Origin: Patescibacteria group bacterium
GTDB lineage: Bacteria > Patescibacteriota > Microgenomatia > PFEM01 > JAHIFH01
DNA length: 64,000 bases
Direction of reading: 5' to 3'
NCBI GenBank assembly: GCA_035529375.1
Contig: DATKWU010000005.1
Location: 521 to 64,520 of the forward strand
The position numbers were made by a program, and so were the translations under genes. Below are positions 17,186-30,697 of this stretch, piece by piece; the stretch's first letter is position 1, and each line of letters opens with the position of its first letter. The notes beneath the pieces were generated by a model. The model saw nothing but the letters and a program-made list of their open reading frames with translations. It was not told the DNA's origin and did not search any database.

Positions 17186-18454
17186 CTAGCCTTGATTGAG
17201 AGTCTTTAAGAATTCGCTGTTAGATTTGGTTTTAATTAAACGTTCTAAAAATAATTCTGTTCTCTCATTCGCCCCGAGCATATCAACCATCTTTCTCATG
17301 GTAATAATTTTAGGATAGACTGTCTTGCCGTAGAGAAGTTCTTCTTGTCGGGTCCCAGAGCGTTGAATATCAATCGCCGGATAAACTCGCCGCTCGGCTA
17401 ATTCTCTAACCAAATGGAGCTCCATATTACCGGTCCCTTTAAATTCTTCGTAAATCAAATCATCCATTTTCGAACCTGTTTCAACCAAACAGGTACCAAT
17501 AATCGTTAGCGAACCACCTTTCTCAATGTTTCTGGCGGCACCAAAGAATTTCTTTGGAGGCCAGAGAGCGGCTGGATCAAAACCACCAGTCAAAGTTCGC
17601 CCCGAAGTGGGAATACTGAGATTATAAGCACGGGCTAAACGGGTGATTGAATCCAAAAGGATAATCACGTCTTTGCCAAGTTCTACCAGCCGTTTAGCTC
17701 GCTCTAGAGCTACTTCAGCTGCGCTTGTCTGCTGTTCTGGTGGCTCATCAAAATTAGAAGAAATAACCTCACCTTTAACTGAACGGGCAATATCAGTCAC
17801 CTCTTCTGGTCTTTCTCCTACCAAAACTGCCATCAAATGAATATCTTTGTAGTTCTCGGTAATCCCATTAGCAATATCCTTTAAAAGCCAAGTTTTACCT
17901 GCTTTAGGTGGTGAAACAATTAAGCCCCGTTGGCCTCTACCAATCGGCGAGATAAGGTCAATAACTCTAGTAGAAACAGGTGCCTTGCCTGTTTCTAGTT
18001 TAATTTGTTCCTCAGGATAGAGGGGCGTCAAACTCTCGAAAACTGGTCGCTTACCTACTTTATCTGGAGCCAAATCATTAATTTTTTCTACTTTTAAAAG
18101 GCCATAATAACGTTCATTTTCTTTTGGCTCTCGGGCCTGGCCACCAATCATGTCACCAGGACGGAGATTGAAACGGTGAATTTGGGAAGAGGAAATATAA
18201 ACGTCTCTGTCAGAAGGCGAAAATTTAGGTCTAAGATAGCCGTGACCTTCAGGAGCAACCCCTAAGATCCCCTCGACAAAGTGAGTTGGCACATCTGCAT
18301 CGGGAATCCGCCGATTATCGACAACCCCATTAAATTCATTTTCATAGGGAGTTTCTTTTTTCCCCACAAACTCATCGGCCGTTAACAACTTCTTCTCGGT
18401 TTTAGAAACGGCTTCTTTTTTCTCTGAAGCAATAAATTTCTTAGATACTGGCAT
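17186..18454 (-). CDS. rho: Transcription termination factor Rho
   Basis: PIGRGQRGLIVSPPKAGKT, LLDSITRLARAYN and EEFKGTGNME. Confidence 0.97.
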   Translation of the reverse strand: MPVSKKFIASEKKEAVSKTEKKLLTADEFVGKKETPYENEFNGVVDNRRIPDADVPTHFVEGILGVAPEGHGYLRPKFSPSDRDVYISSSQIHRFNLRPGDMIGGQAREPKENERYYGLLKVEKINDLAPDKVGKRPVFESLTPLYPEEQIKLETGKAPVSTRVIDLISPIGRGQRGLIVSPPKAGKTWLLKDIANGITENYKDIHLMAVLVGERPEEVTDIARSVKGEVISSNFDEPPEQQTSAAEVALERAKRLVELGKDVIILLDSITRLARAYNLSIPTSGRTLTGGFDPAALWPPKKFFGAARNIEKGGSLTIIGTCLVETGSKMDDLIYEEFKGTGNMELHLVRELAERRVYPAIDIQRSGTRQEELLYGKTVYPKIITMRKMVDMLGANERTELFLERLIKTKSNSEFLKTLNQG

Positions 18455-18549
18455 TAAGGAATCTAACCACTAATTTAAGGGAGAATTTAATTCACCAATC
18501 TACAATCTAATTTAAACAAAAATTAAAACACTCTGTCAAGAGGCAAACT

Positions 18550-18752
18550 TTCGATTCTCGAATGGAGAGTAGTGTGCCTGCCCTACACACCACCCTCCAT
18601 CCCAAAATCGAATCTAAAATCTTGACATTTTCTTGACGACTGTGTTATTGTCAACTTGGTATTTGAGTCGCCTGTCCTGACTCAATACCAACATGCGAAG
18701 GGCATTGCTATTCGTGGTAATCTGTCCAGCGATAGTAATGCTCTTTGTTTAT
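18550..18752. ncRNA. Candidate structured RNA(s): three long hairpins with related loops
   Basis: Stems at 18550-18612, 18656-18691 and about 18698-18745; loops contain CCTGCCC, CCTGTCC and CTGTCC; TTGACA boxes on both strands. Confidence 0.5.
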
Positions 18753-18936
18753 TACTAAAGCTTAATTGTAAAAGTGAATTCTTGACAAATTTAACATATT
18801 TTGTCAAGAGTGTCAATCCTATAAGAAAATCTTCTGAAAAAACTGACAGTCCTATAGTTTATACTATTATTATATTAGCTTCATTTTAACCACTTTTAAA
18901 AGGAATATCAAGTATTGTGGATAAATAAGGGAAAAG

Positions 18937-20253
18937 TTATTTCTTAAATAATTCTCTGGCTAATTGACTAACTGAAGCAAATTTCTCCGGAGAAATAATT
19001 TCAGTCAAACCTAATTTTCTGGCTTCTTTTTTCCTTTTATCAGTTTGACTAATTTCTCTTATCTCCCCCAAGAGACCAATCTCACCAAAACAAACCGTTT
19101 TGGGATCAAGAGAAATGCCTTTAAAGGAAGAAATAATCGCTAAAGCAACGCCTAAATCACTCCCAGGCTCATCAATTCTAATGCCGCCAACAACATTAAC
19201 ATAAACATCAAAAGTAGCTAAGGGCAATCTTAATTGTTTAGTTAACACTGCAGAGATAAGCTGTAAACGCCGACCATCAATTCCTTGACCAATTCTTCGT
19301 GGTATAACTAAGGTTGTGGGTACAACTAAAGCTTGAATTTCTACCAAAACAGGTCGGGTCCCTTCTAAAGTAGCCACTACCACTGAACCTGGAGTTTTCT
19401 TAACTCGCTCTTTAAGAAAAAGCCTAGAAGGGTTAGTCACTTCAATTAAGCCTTTGTCGGTCATTTCAAAAACACCGACTTCGTCGGTAGCCCCAAAACG
19501 ATTTTTTGTTGCTCTCAATAATCTCGCTCCTCCAAATCTTTCGCCTTCAATATAAATAACCGTATCCACCATATGCTCAAGAACTTTAGGCCCAGCAATC
19601 GCTCCAGCTTTGGTTACGTGGCCAACGAGAAGTAAAGGAATCCCTTCTTTTTTGGCAACTTTAAGAAACATAGCCGCTGACTCCCTTACTTGGCCAACCG
19701 ATCCTGCCATTCCTGATAAACTGCTTGTCCAGCAAGTTTGAATAGAATCAATAATCACCATTTTAGGTCTTAAATCTCTAATCTGAGCACAAATTGTTTC
19801 CACATTAGTTTCCGTTAAAAAAAGTGTTTCTGGAATTTTCAAATTTAATCTTTGGGCCCTGATTTTTATTTGTTGCAGCGATTCTTCTCCGGAGACATAA
19901 AGAGGAGGTGTTCTTTTTTTATCTATCTGACTGATTAACTGAAGCATTAAAGTACTTTTACCAATCCCTGGTTCACCACTGACCAATACCACTGAACCAG
20001 AAACTATTCCTCCACCAAGAACCAAATCAAATTCACTTATCCCTGTTTTCATTCTTGATTGAAAAACCGATTTAATTTGGGAAAGTTTCTGAGGTTTAGC
20101 TTGGGAAATAATTTCTCCGCTTACTCTATCTGGAATGCCCAATTTTGTCTCAACTAGACTATTCCATTCTCCACACTGAGGACAACGACCCAACCACTTT
20201 GGCGCTTCTGCTCCACACTGTTGGCAAACAAATTTGGTAATCGGTTTCGCCAT
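18937..20253 (-). CDS. radA: DNA repair protein RadA/Sms
   Basis: C4 zinc finger, GEPGIGKST, KNRFG motif and Lon-like C-terminus. Confidence 0.97.
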   Translation of the reverse strand: MAKPITKFVCQQCGAEAPKWLGRCPQCGEWNSLVETKLGIPDRVSGEIISQAKPQKLSQIKSVFQSRMKTGISEFDLVLGGGIVSGSVVLVSGEPGIGKSTLMLQLISQIDKKRTPPLYVSGEESLQQIKIRAQRLNLKIPETLFLTETNVETICAQIRDLRPKMVIIDSIQTCWTSSLSGMAGSVGQVRESAAMFLKVAKKEGIPLLLVGHVTKAGAIAGPKVLEHMVDTVIYIEGERFGGARLLRATKNRFGATDEVGVFEMTDKGLIEVTNPSRLFLKERVKKTPGSVVVATLEGTRPVLVEIQALVVPTTLVIPRRIGQGIDGRRLQLISAVLTKQLRLPLATFDVYVNVVGGIRIDEPGSDLGVALAIISSFKGISLDPKTVCFGEIGLLGEIREISQTDKRKKEARKLGLTEIISPEKFASVSQLARELFKK

Positions 20254-20263
20254 GAAGAAAAAA

Positions 20264-21415
20264 CTATTTATAGCCTATTGGTTTCTCTTTTAGAACTAAT
20301 CCCAAACTCATTCTTCTCCCCTCTTTATCAATTGACTCAATATAACAATCAACTTTATCACCAACTTTAAGAGATTTTTCCGCAGGAATTTTAGAAATAT
20401 GAATTAGACCCTCAATTCCTTCCTCTACATCAACAAAAGCACCAAATGGAGCCAAGCGAACAACTTTACTCTTGACTCGAGCATCAACCGGATATGTCTT
20501 TTCAATCGCCTCCCAAGGATCAAGTTTGAGCTGTTTAATAGAAAGATTAAGTTTACCAGTCGTTTTATCAACCGCCAAAACTTTAACTTTAATTTTATCA
20601 CCTACTTTATAAAACTCTCCGGGGTCTTCAACTCTTTGCCAAGAAATCTCCGAAATATGAACCAATCCTTCTAGTTCAATTTTGTCTGGTTTAATTTTGA
20701 CAAAAAAGCCAAAAGGCATCACGCCTGTGATCTTACCAGAAAAAGTATTGCCAATTTTAATCTTCCTAAGTTCTTCTTCTTGCGCTTTGAGAAGAGCGGC
20801 TTCGGAAACTTCTCTCTCTGAAAAAATTAATCGATTTTTGCCTCGATCCACTTCGATCGGCTTTACTTCAATCTGTCGGTTAATCAATCTTTCTATCTTT
20901 TCTTCCCATTTAGAACCAAATTGAGAGGCGGGGATAAAACCTTGTAGACCTTTGGCCTCAACCACTAAACCCCCTTTATTAACTTCCCTACCTGTCACTC
21001 TTACGGCCCCACCTGTTTTCATCTTTTCCTCAAACCGACCCCAGAGATAATCAGCTGCCGCTTTTTTAAGAGAAAGCAAAGTCTGACCTTTATCGTTTTC
21101 TGGTTGACTTACAACTGCCTCAACTTGACTCCCCACTTCCAATTCCTTAATAAAGTCTCTAGCCGCTTTCATTTCCCGATCAATCACCATCCCCTCGCTC
21201 TTACCGCCGATATCTATATAAAGGATACCTTTGGTTTTTTCTACTACAATTCCGTTAATCACATCGCCTCTTTTCCAGCCATGTAACTGATGCTTTGTTT
21301 GTTTAAGAAGCTCTTCCATAGTTGTGGGTTGTTTTTTAGAAGAACGTTTAACCGAAGCCTTGGGAGAAGACTTTTTAGTCTGTTTCTCTATTTTTTTCGA
21401 TTTTCTTTTTTTCAA
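20264..21415 (-). CDS. rpsA: Ribosomal protein S1-like (four S1 domains)
   Basis: S1 repeats (EGLVHISEIS, EGLIHISKI); TTG start 9 nt after GAGGT. Confidence 0.85.
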   Translation of the reverse strand: MKKRKSKKIEKQTKKSSPKASVKRSSKKQPTTMEELLKQTKHQLHGWKRGDVINGIVVEKTKGILYIDIGGKSEGMVIDREMKAARDFIKELEVGSQVEAVVSQPENDKGQTLLSLKKAAADYLWGRFEEKMKTGGAVRVTGREVNKGGLVVEAKGLQGFIPASQFGSKWEEKIERLINRQIEVKPIEVDRGKNRLIFSEREVSEAALLKAQEEELRKIKIGNTFSGKITGVMPFGFFVKIKPDKIELEGLVHISEISWQRVEDPGEFYKVGDKIKVKVLAVDKTTGKLNLSIKQLKLDPWEAIEKTYPVDARVKSKVVRLAPFGAFVDVEEGIEGLIHISKIPAEKSLKVGDKVDCYIESIDKEGRRMSLGLVLKEKPIGYK

Positions 21416-21516
21416 ATTCCATTTACCTCACTTTCAAGAAAGTTTTTCTATTCTACCTTAAAATTAAGAGTTTGCCAAGTCTTTTTATTGTTTTGAGGTT
21501 TTAGAAATACCAAAAA

Positions 21517-21634
21517 GGCCAGCCCTGACCTATTTTCGCAGACCCTTGCGGATCAACTATCGTCGGCGCTGAAGTGTTTGACTTTCGTGTTCGGAATGGG
21601 AACGAGTCGTTCCACTTCGCTCCAAGGACTGGCC
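21517..21634 (-). rRNA. rrf: 5S rRNA
   Basis: Terminal GGCCAG/CTGGCC helix; conserved CCCATTCCGAACAC; downstream of 23S. Confidence 0.92.
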
Positions 21635-21717
21635 AATTTTTTATTTTGACTCCTTTAAAAGTGAATAGAACAATTTTAATCTACCAAATTTAAGAACGTA
21701 GGCGGACTAATCTTCAC

Positions 21718-24633
<2,916 letters not shown>

Positions 24634-24723
24634 TTCTCTGTGAAGATTTAATCCACCTCCGCCCTTATGGGCTTTGGTAGATATTTTATTACTTTATTCT
24701 ATTCACTTTTCAAGGAGCCAAGG

Positions 24724-24796
24724 TGGACCGAAGCGGCTTCGAACCGCTGACCTCCTGTATGCAAAACAGGTGCTCTGCCAACTGAGCTATCGGCCC
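24724..24796 (-). tRNA. tRNA-Ala(TGC)
   Basis: GGGCCGATAGCTCAG...CCTGT-TT-TGC-AT-ACAGG...TCGGTCCA. Confidence 0.95.
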
Positions 24797-25020
24797 AATT
24801 TTTTTAGCTCTTCATCTATTTCTTTGAGATAAGCTAAAAGAGTCTCGTATTCAGTCATCTTAAGATGATATCTAGTACTATCATGTCCGGGCCAAATTTC
24901 TTCAGAGTCTTCCTCTTCCTCTCTCATCCTTTTTTGAACTTTTCTGAGCCTCTCAAGGGCCTTCTCCTGACTTTGAAGAAGAGCCTTTTTTTTCTCTTCT
25001 TTTGAGATCTGGTTATTCAT
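24787..25020 (-). CDS. Small coiled-coil protein; its stop codon lies inside the tRNA-Ala 5' end
   Basis: 77-aa charged helical hairpin, overlapping the upstream ORF by 8 nt. Confidence 0.6.
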   Translation of the reverse strand: MNNQISKEEKKKALLQSQEKALERLRKVQKRMREEEEDSEEIWPGHDSTRYHLKMTEYETLLAYLKEIDEELKKLGR

Positions 25021-25204
25021 TTCTCAAATTCTTTATTTCTTCTTCGATACTGATTAAATGTGCTCGGGCGACATTCAACTGCGACTCTTGTAACTCTGTA
25101 GCTGAATCCTCGTGTTTAACGCCCTTAAAATTTTTTAACGCTTCATCAAGCTTTGCCTTAGCTTCTTCTTTTTTTATTAATAATTCTTGATATTTATTGA
25201 CCAT
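25013..25204 (-). CDS. Small coiled-coil protein, possible paralog of the ORF at 24787-25020
   Basis: 63 aa; HEDS tip and IEEEIKNL resemble HDS and IDEELKKL in the neighbour. Confidence 0.6.
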   Translation of the reverse strand: MVNKYQELLIKKEEAKAKLDEALKNFKGVKHEDSATELQESQLNVARAHLISIEEEIKNLRNE

Positions 25205-25210
25205 TTTTCC

Positions 25211-25239
25211 AAAAAACAAAAAAGTCGCCCGGAGGCGAC
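25211..25239 (-). terminator. Intrinsic terminator or attenuator
   Basis: Minus strand GTCGCC-TCCG-GGCGAC followed by TTTTTTGTTTTTT. Confidence 0.75.
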
Positions 25240-25378
25240 CCTTTTAAGGTACCTAAGAAATCAGACTACGTCCCACGCCAAAAGAACTTGGTGATAACGT
25301 AATATTTCATCTGATTTCCCATAAGATTAAACCCGTCTGGGTTAAGCCTCCTTAATTACAATCTTATTATATGAGATT

Positions 25379-25407
25379 ATTATACGGAATGACAGAATAG
25401 ATGTCAA
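25379..25407 (-). promoter_or_regulatory. Consensus sigma70 promoter pointing toward tRNA-Ala and 23S
   Basis: Perfect TTGACA-17 nt-TATAAT on the minus strand. Confidence 0.85.
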
Positions 25408-25412
25408 GCGGC

Positions 25413-25441
25413 TAGATATCCACTCTTTTTTATGTTAAAAT
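25413..25441 (+). promoter_or_regulatory. Putative promoter for tRNA-Ile and the ATPase gene
   Basis: TAGATA-17 nt-TAAAAT with an extended TG; a similar TGTTAAAAT precedes tRNA-Ala at 15811. Confidence 0.5.
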
Positions 25442-25451
25442 TTTTCTGATC

Positions 25452-25525
25452 GGGCGCGTAGCTCAGTGGTTTAGAGCGCTTACCTGATAAGTAAGAGGTC
25501 CCTGGTTCGATCCCAGGCGCGCCCA
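25452..25525 (+). tRNA. tRNA-Ile(GAT)
   Basis: Acceptor GGGCGCG/CGCGCCC; anticodon arm CTTAC-CT-GAT-AA-GTAAG. Confidence 0.95.
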
Positions 25526-25568
25526 CTGCGTCAAGCCACAGTGGCGTGGTCAAAAAAGACGCCTAATT

Positions 25569-27716
25569 ATGCCCGAAAAAGAAAAAATAATTTTAGAAAT
25601 AAGAATACCTCGCGAAAACGAGTATACCCCAGAATCGGCGGCTAATCTATTCTCTGGTTTCAGTAAAGCCCTTTCTTCTCAGTCAATCTTTCAGAGAATT
25701 CTTAGAAAACAATCAGAACCCTTGATTTTAGAAATTACCTGTCATCAACAAGGAATTCACTTTTATGTGGCTGTTTCTGAAGAACTTTTGCCTTTTTTAG
25801 AGAGCCAAATCTTGGCCGCTTATCCCCTTGCAATTCTTAATCGTGTCCCTGACTATCTCCAAAATTGGGAAAAAGAATCTCTGAAAATCGGCCAGATGAC
25901 TCAATCAACCAGTTATTATTATCCTATTAAAACCTATAAAGAATTCACTGATGTTGATTCACTCTCCTCTATTTTAGCGGTGATGTCAAAAGCCAGCGAA
26001 AATGATCTTTTGTTAATTCAGTTAGTCCTTCAAAAAGCCAGTTCAGGCTGGCAATCGTCAGCTCAAAGGGCCATCACTAAAGGAATCAGAATCAGTGAAA
26101 CAGAAAGGCAAGCTTTACCTGGAGAAAATTTGATTAAACAAAAAATTGAAGAAGGCGGATTAAAAACGGGTATCCGACTAGCTACTTCTTCGGAATTGCT
26201 TTTAAAATCATTAGCTGGTGGTTTTGCTCCTTTTACTCGAGGTGATGGTAACTCCCTAGCTTTCAAAAAGCCTTCTGTTCTAAATAAAAATAAATTAAAA
26301 AACGCCATCTTAACCCACCAATCAGGTTTTACCCCACGTTATCAAATTTTTTCTGTTTCTGAATTGGCCACTTTCTGGCACCTGCCTGGACAAAGTGTCA
26401 AAATTCCTAATATTGCTTGGGGGCGTTCGGTTTTAACCGAAGCACCAGAAAATTTACCAATAGCTGAAGGTTTAACCGAAGAACAAAAGTCAGAAATTAA
26501 TTTCTTTACTAGAACAGAATATAAAAATAAATTGATGACTTTTGGCATAAAAAAGGATGATCGTCGTCGTCATATTTATGCCGTTGGTAAATCTGGTACC
26601 GGTAAATCAACTATGATTGCCAACATGGCCATTGATGATCTGAAAAAGCGCCAGGGTTTGGCAGTAATCGATCCTCATGGTGACCTTTCAGAAATTCTTT
26701 TGGACTATATCCCCTCTCATCGGATAAACGATATCTGTTATTTAAATCCGGCTGATAAAGAATATCCCTTCTCTATCAATATTCTTGAGGTTGATGATCC
26801 TGCGCAAGCTGAACTTGTTGCTTCTGGAATTGTCTCTATTTTCTATAAACTCTACGCTCATTCCTGGGGACCAAGAATGGAATATATTTTGAGAAATACT
26901 TTACTCACCCTGGCTCAAACGCCCAACACTACTTTGGTTGATGTTCCTAGAATTTTAACTAACAAAAATTTCAGAAACGAAATCGTCGAAAAACTTCAAG
27001 ATCAAGTTCTGACCAGCTTTTGGACCGAAGAATATAATAAGATGCCAGACAGATTAAGAGAAGAAGCTATTAATCCCATTTTGAACAAAGTCGGCCAATT
27101 TGTTACTTCACCTTTAATCCGCAGTCTTATTGGCCAACCCAAATCAACTATTAATTTAGAAAGAATCATGAATGAGGGCAAAGTGATTATTCTTAACCTC
27201 TCCCAAGGACGTTTAGGAGAAGATAATGCTGCTCTATTAGGAGCAATGTTAATTACCAAAATTCAATTAGCCGCCATGAATCGGGTTAATATTCCTGAAG
27301 AACAAAGACGGGATTTTTATCTTTACGTCGATGAGTTTCAAAACTTTGCTACCAGGGCTTTTATTAAAATTCTTTCTGAAGCAAGAAAATATCGTCTTAA
27401 CCTTTGTTTAGCTAATCAATACATGGCTCAAATTGACGAAGACGTCCAGAAAGCAATCCTGGGAAACGCTGCCACTTTAATTTCTTTTCTAGTTGGCGCC
27501 GAAGACGCCAATATCTTAGAAAGAGAGTTTGGGGGTATTTATACAGAACAAGATTTGGTTGGTCTTTCCAACTTCCAAGTCGTGACTAAACTAGCGGTTG
27601 ATAATATTACTTCCAGACCTTTCTTTGCCTATACCCTACCCCTACCTAAATCTAAGAACCAAAACCGAGAAAAAGTCATCAGAGTTTCAAGAGAAAGATT
27701 TTCTTATAAAAAGTAA
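25569..27716 (+). CDS. VirB4/TraG/HerA-like P-loop ATPase (type IV coupling-protein-like)
   Basis: Walker A GKSGTGKS, IDPHGD, Walker B LYVDEFQNF, LSEARKY and LANQY. Confidence 0.85.
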   Translation: MPEKEKIILEIRIPRENEYTPESAANLFSGFSKALSSQSIFQRILRKQSEPLILEITCHQQGIHFYVAVSEELLPFLESQILAAYPLAILNRVPDYLQNWEKESLKIGQMTQSTSYYYPIKTYKEFTDVDSLSSILAVMSKASENDLLLIQLVLQKASSGWQSSAQRAITKGIRISETERQALPGENLIKQKIEEGGLKTGIRLATSSELLLKSLAGGFAPFTRGDGNSLAFKKPSVLNKNKLKNAILTHQSGFTPRYQIFSVSELATFWHLPGQSVKIPNIAWGRSVLTEAPENLPIAEGLTEEQKSEINFFTRTEYKNKLMTFGIKKDDRRRHIYAVGKSGTGKSTMIANMAIDDLKKRQGLAVIDPHGDLSEILLDYIPSHRINDICYLNPADKEYPFSINILEVDDPAQAELVASGIVSIFYKLYAHSWGPRMEYILRNTLLTLAQTPNTTLVDVPRILTNKNFRNEIVEKLQDQVLTSFWTEEYNKMPDRLREEAINPILNKVGQFVTSPLIRSLIGQPKSTINLERIMNEGKVIILNLSQGRLGEDNAALLGAMLITKIQLAAMNRVNIPEEQRRDFYLYVDEFQNFATRAFIKILSEARKYRLNLCLANQYMAQIDEDVQKAILGNAATLISFLVGAEDANILEREFGGIYTEQDLVGLSNFQVVTKLAVDNITSRPFFAYTLPLPKSKNQNREKVIRVSRERFSYKK

Positions 27717-27737
27717 CCTCAACTTTTCAGTGGCATT

Positions 27738-27766
27738 AAAAAACCACCTTGATTAGGTGGTTTTTT
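27738..27766. terminator. Bidirectional intrinsic terminator between the ATPase gene and the 16S 3' trailer
   Basis: AAAAAACCACCT-TGATT-AGGTGGTTTTTT. Confidence 0.8.
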
Positions 27767-27889
27767 CTTTAACCCTATTTACTGTGGTAGGAGACGTTAG
27801 TTTTGTTTCCTATCTCATAAATGAGATAAGCAAGAAAAACCAACAAAATCTTGGGGTGTCTTTTCCGCCAAAGGCGGATCGTTCACTCC

Positions 27890-29356
<1,467 letters not shown>

Positions 29357-29505
29357 ATTTCCTACCACAATAAATATTGTTAAAGGTTTACTATTCAATT
29401 TTCAAAGGACTCCTAAAAACTTAAAATCCCGGACCAAGCCGGGATTAATGCTTTATTGCGGGCAAACGCCCGACCTGGTCATTAAACTATGTCATTTCTT
29501 GGTTG

Positions 29506-29534
29506 ATGATAACAAAATAGTTCTTAACTGTCAA
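29506..29534 (-). promoter_or_regulatory. 16S rRNA promoter overlapping the mnmA stop codon
   Basis: TTGACA-17 nt-TATCAT with an extended TG. Confidence 0.7.
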
Positions 29535-30616
29535 TCCCTATTCAAGCTAATTATTCCGCCTCCAAATACTTCCTCGCCTTGATAAAAAACCGCTGCTTGA
29601 CCAGGAGCGACGCCTCGTTCTGATTCATCCAAAACAACTTTTACTTCTTTCTTTCCTCTAATCCTTGCTTTCAGAAGATCACCCTGATGACGAATTCTTA
29701 CCTGACACTTTATTTCTTTTTTAGGCGGATTTCCAGAAAGCCAATTAACGTCTTTAACTAAAAATTCTTTCTTTTCTACTTCTTTGCCAAAACCGACGAC
29801 TAACTGATTCTTTTTAACTTTCTTATCAACTACATAAAGAGGTCCTAGGACTTTTTTGTCAGTAATCTTAAAACCGTGCCTTTGGCCCACCGTATACAAA
29901 GGCAATCCTAAATGTTTACCAATCACTTGACCTTTAAGATTAACCACTTCACCAGGAATGATTTTTTCTTTAATTTGCCGTTTTAAAAAAGGTCGATAAT
30001 CATCTTCTGGGAAAAAACAAATTTCTTGAGATTCAGGTCTTTCGGCCACTGGTAACTGCCATTTTTTAGCCATTTTAATTACTTCTTTTTTTTGATAATC
30101 ACCAACAGGAAAAAATATCTTGGCTAGCTTTTTTTGATTAAGATTGTAAAGAAAATAAGATTGGTCTTTTTTCTTGTCTTTTCCCTTTAAAAGATGAAAC
30201 TGTTTGTTTTTTACTATCCTTGCGTAATGACCGGTGGCCAAATAATCGTGGCCTAAATTTTGAGCATAAGTCATTAATTCTCCAAATTTGATAAAACGAT
30301 TACAAACAACACAAGGATTTGGGGTTCGTCCTAAACCATATTCTCTTAAAAAGTAGTCAACTACTCTTTTTTTAAAAAGAGGGGCCACAAAGTCAACTTT
30401 AAAAAAAGGTATCTTTAATTGACTAGCGGTTCGTTGAGCCGATTGTAAACTGGCGGTATCGCAACACTTATTTAAAAAAGTCTGATCTTTTTCCCTTTCT
30501 GACCAAAGTTGCAGATGGAAACCCGCTACTTTGTAACCTTGTTTGACCAGTAAGACTGCGGCCACTCCGGAATCAACTCCCCCGCTCATAGCAACGGCGA
30601 CTTTTTGTTTCTTCAT
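29531..30616 (-). CDS. mnmA: tRNA 2-thiouridylase
   Basis: AMSGGVDS, TPNPCVVCN, ATGHYA, KDQSYFL, ESQEICF and PGQAAVFY. Confidence 0.97.
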   Translation of the reverse strand: MKKQKVAVAMSGGVDSGVAAVLLVKQGYKVAGFHLQLWSEREKDQTFLNKCCDTASLQSAQRTASQLKIPFFKVDFVAPLFKKRVVDYFLREYGLGRTPNPCVVCNRFIKFGELMTYAQNLGHDYLATGHYARIVKNKQFHLLKGKDKKKDQSYFLYNLNQKKLAKIFFPVGDYQKKEVIKMAKKWQLPVAERPESQEICFFPEDDYRPFLKRQIKEKIIPGEVVNLKGQVIGKHLGLPLYTVGQRHGFKITDKKVLGPLYVVDKKVKKNQLVVGFGKEVEKKEFLVKDVNWLSGNPPKKEIKCQVRIRHQGDLLKARIRGKKEVKVVLDESERGVAPGQAAVFYQGEEVFGGGIISLNRD

Positions 30617-30697
30617 GCCCCTCATTTTATCACGGAAGCCAAATGGAGCTTAATATAATTCTTTTTCGGGTGGAGAAATGGCTGTATCAGCGATAAA

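Noticed and set aside
18656-18889. 77-aa ORF between rho and radA
   Set aside because: TTG start without an RBS, no recognisable motif, and it overlaps strong hairpins
18916-18924. Perfect DnaA box (TGTGGATAA) suggesting oriC
   Set aside because: Single box, no dnaA nearby and no visible skew switch
25420-25441. TTATGTTAAA resembling the XerD arm of dif
   Set aside because: No XerC arm; better explained as the extended -10 of the tRNA-Ile promoter
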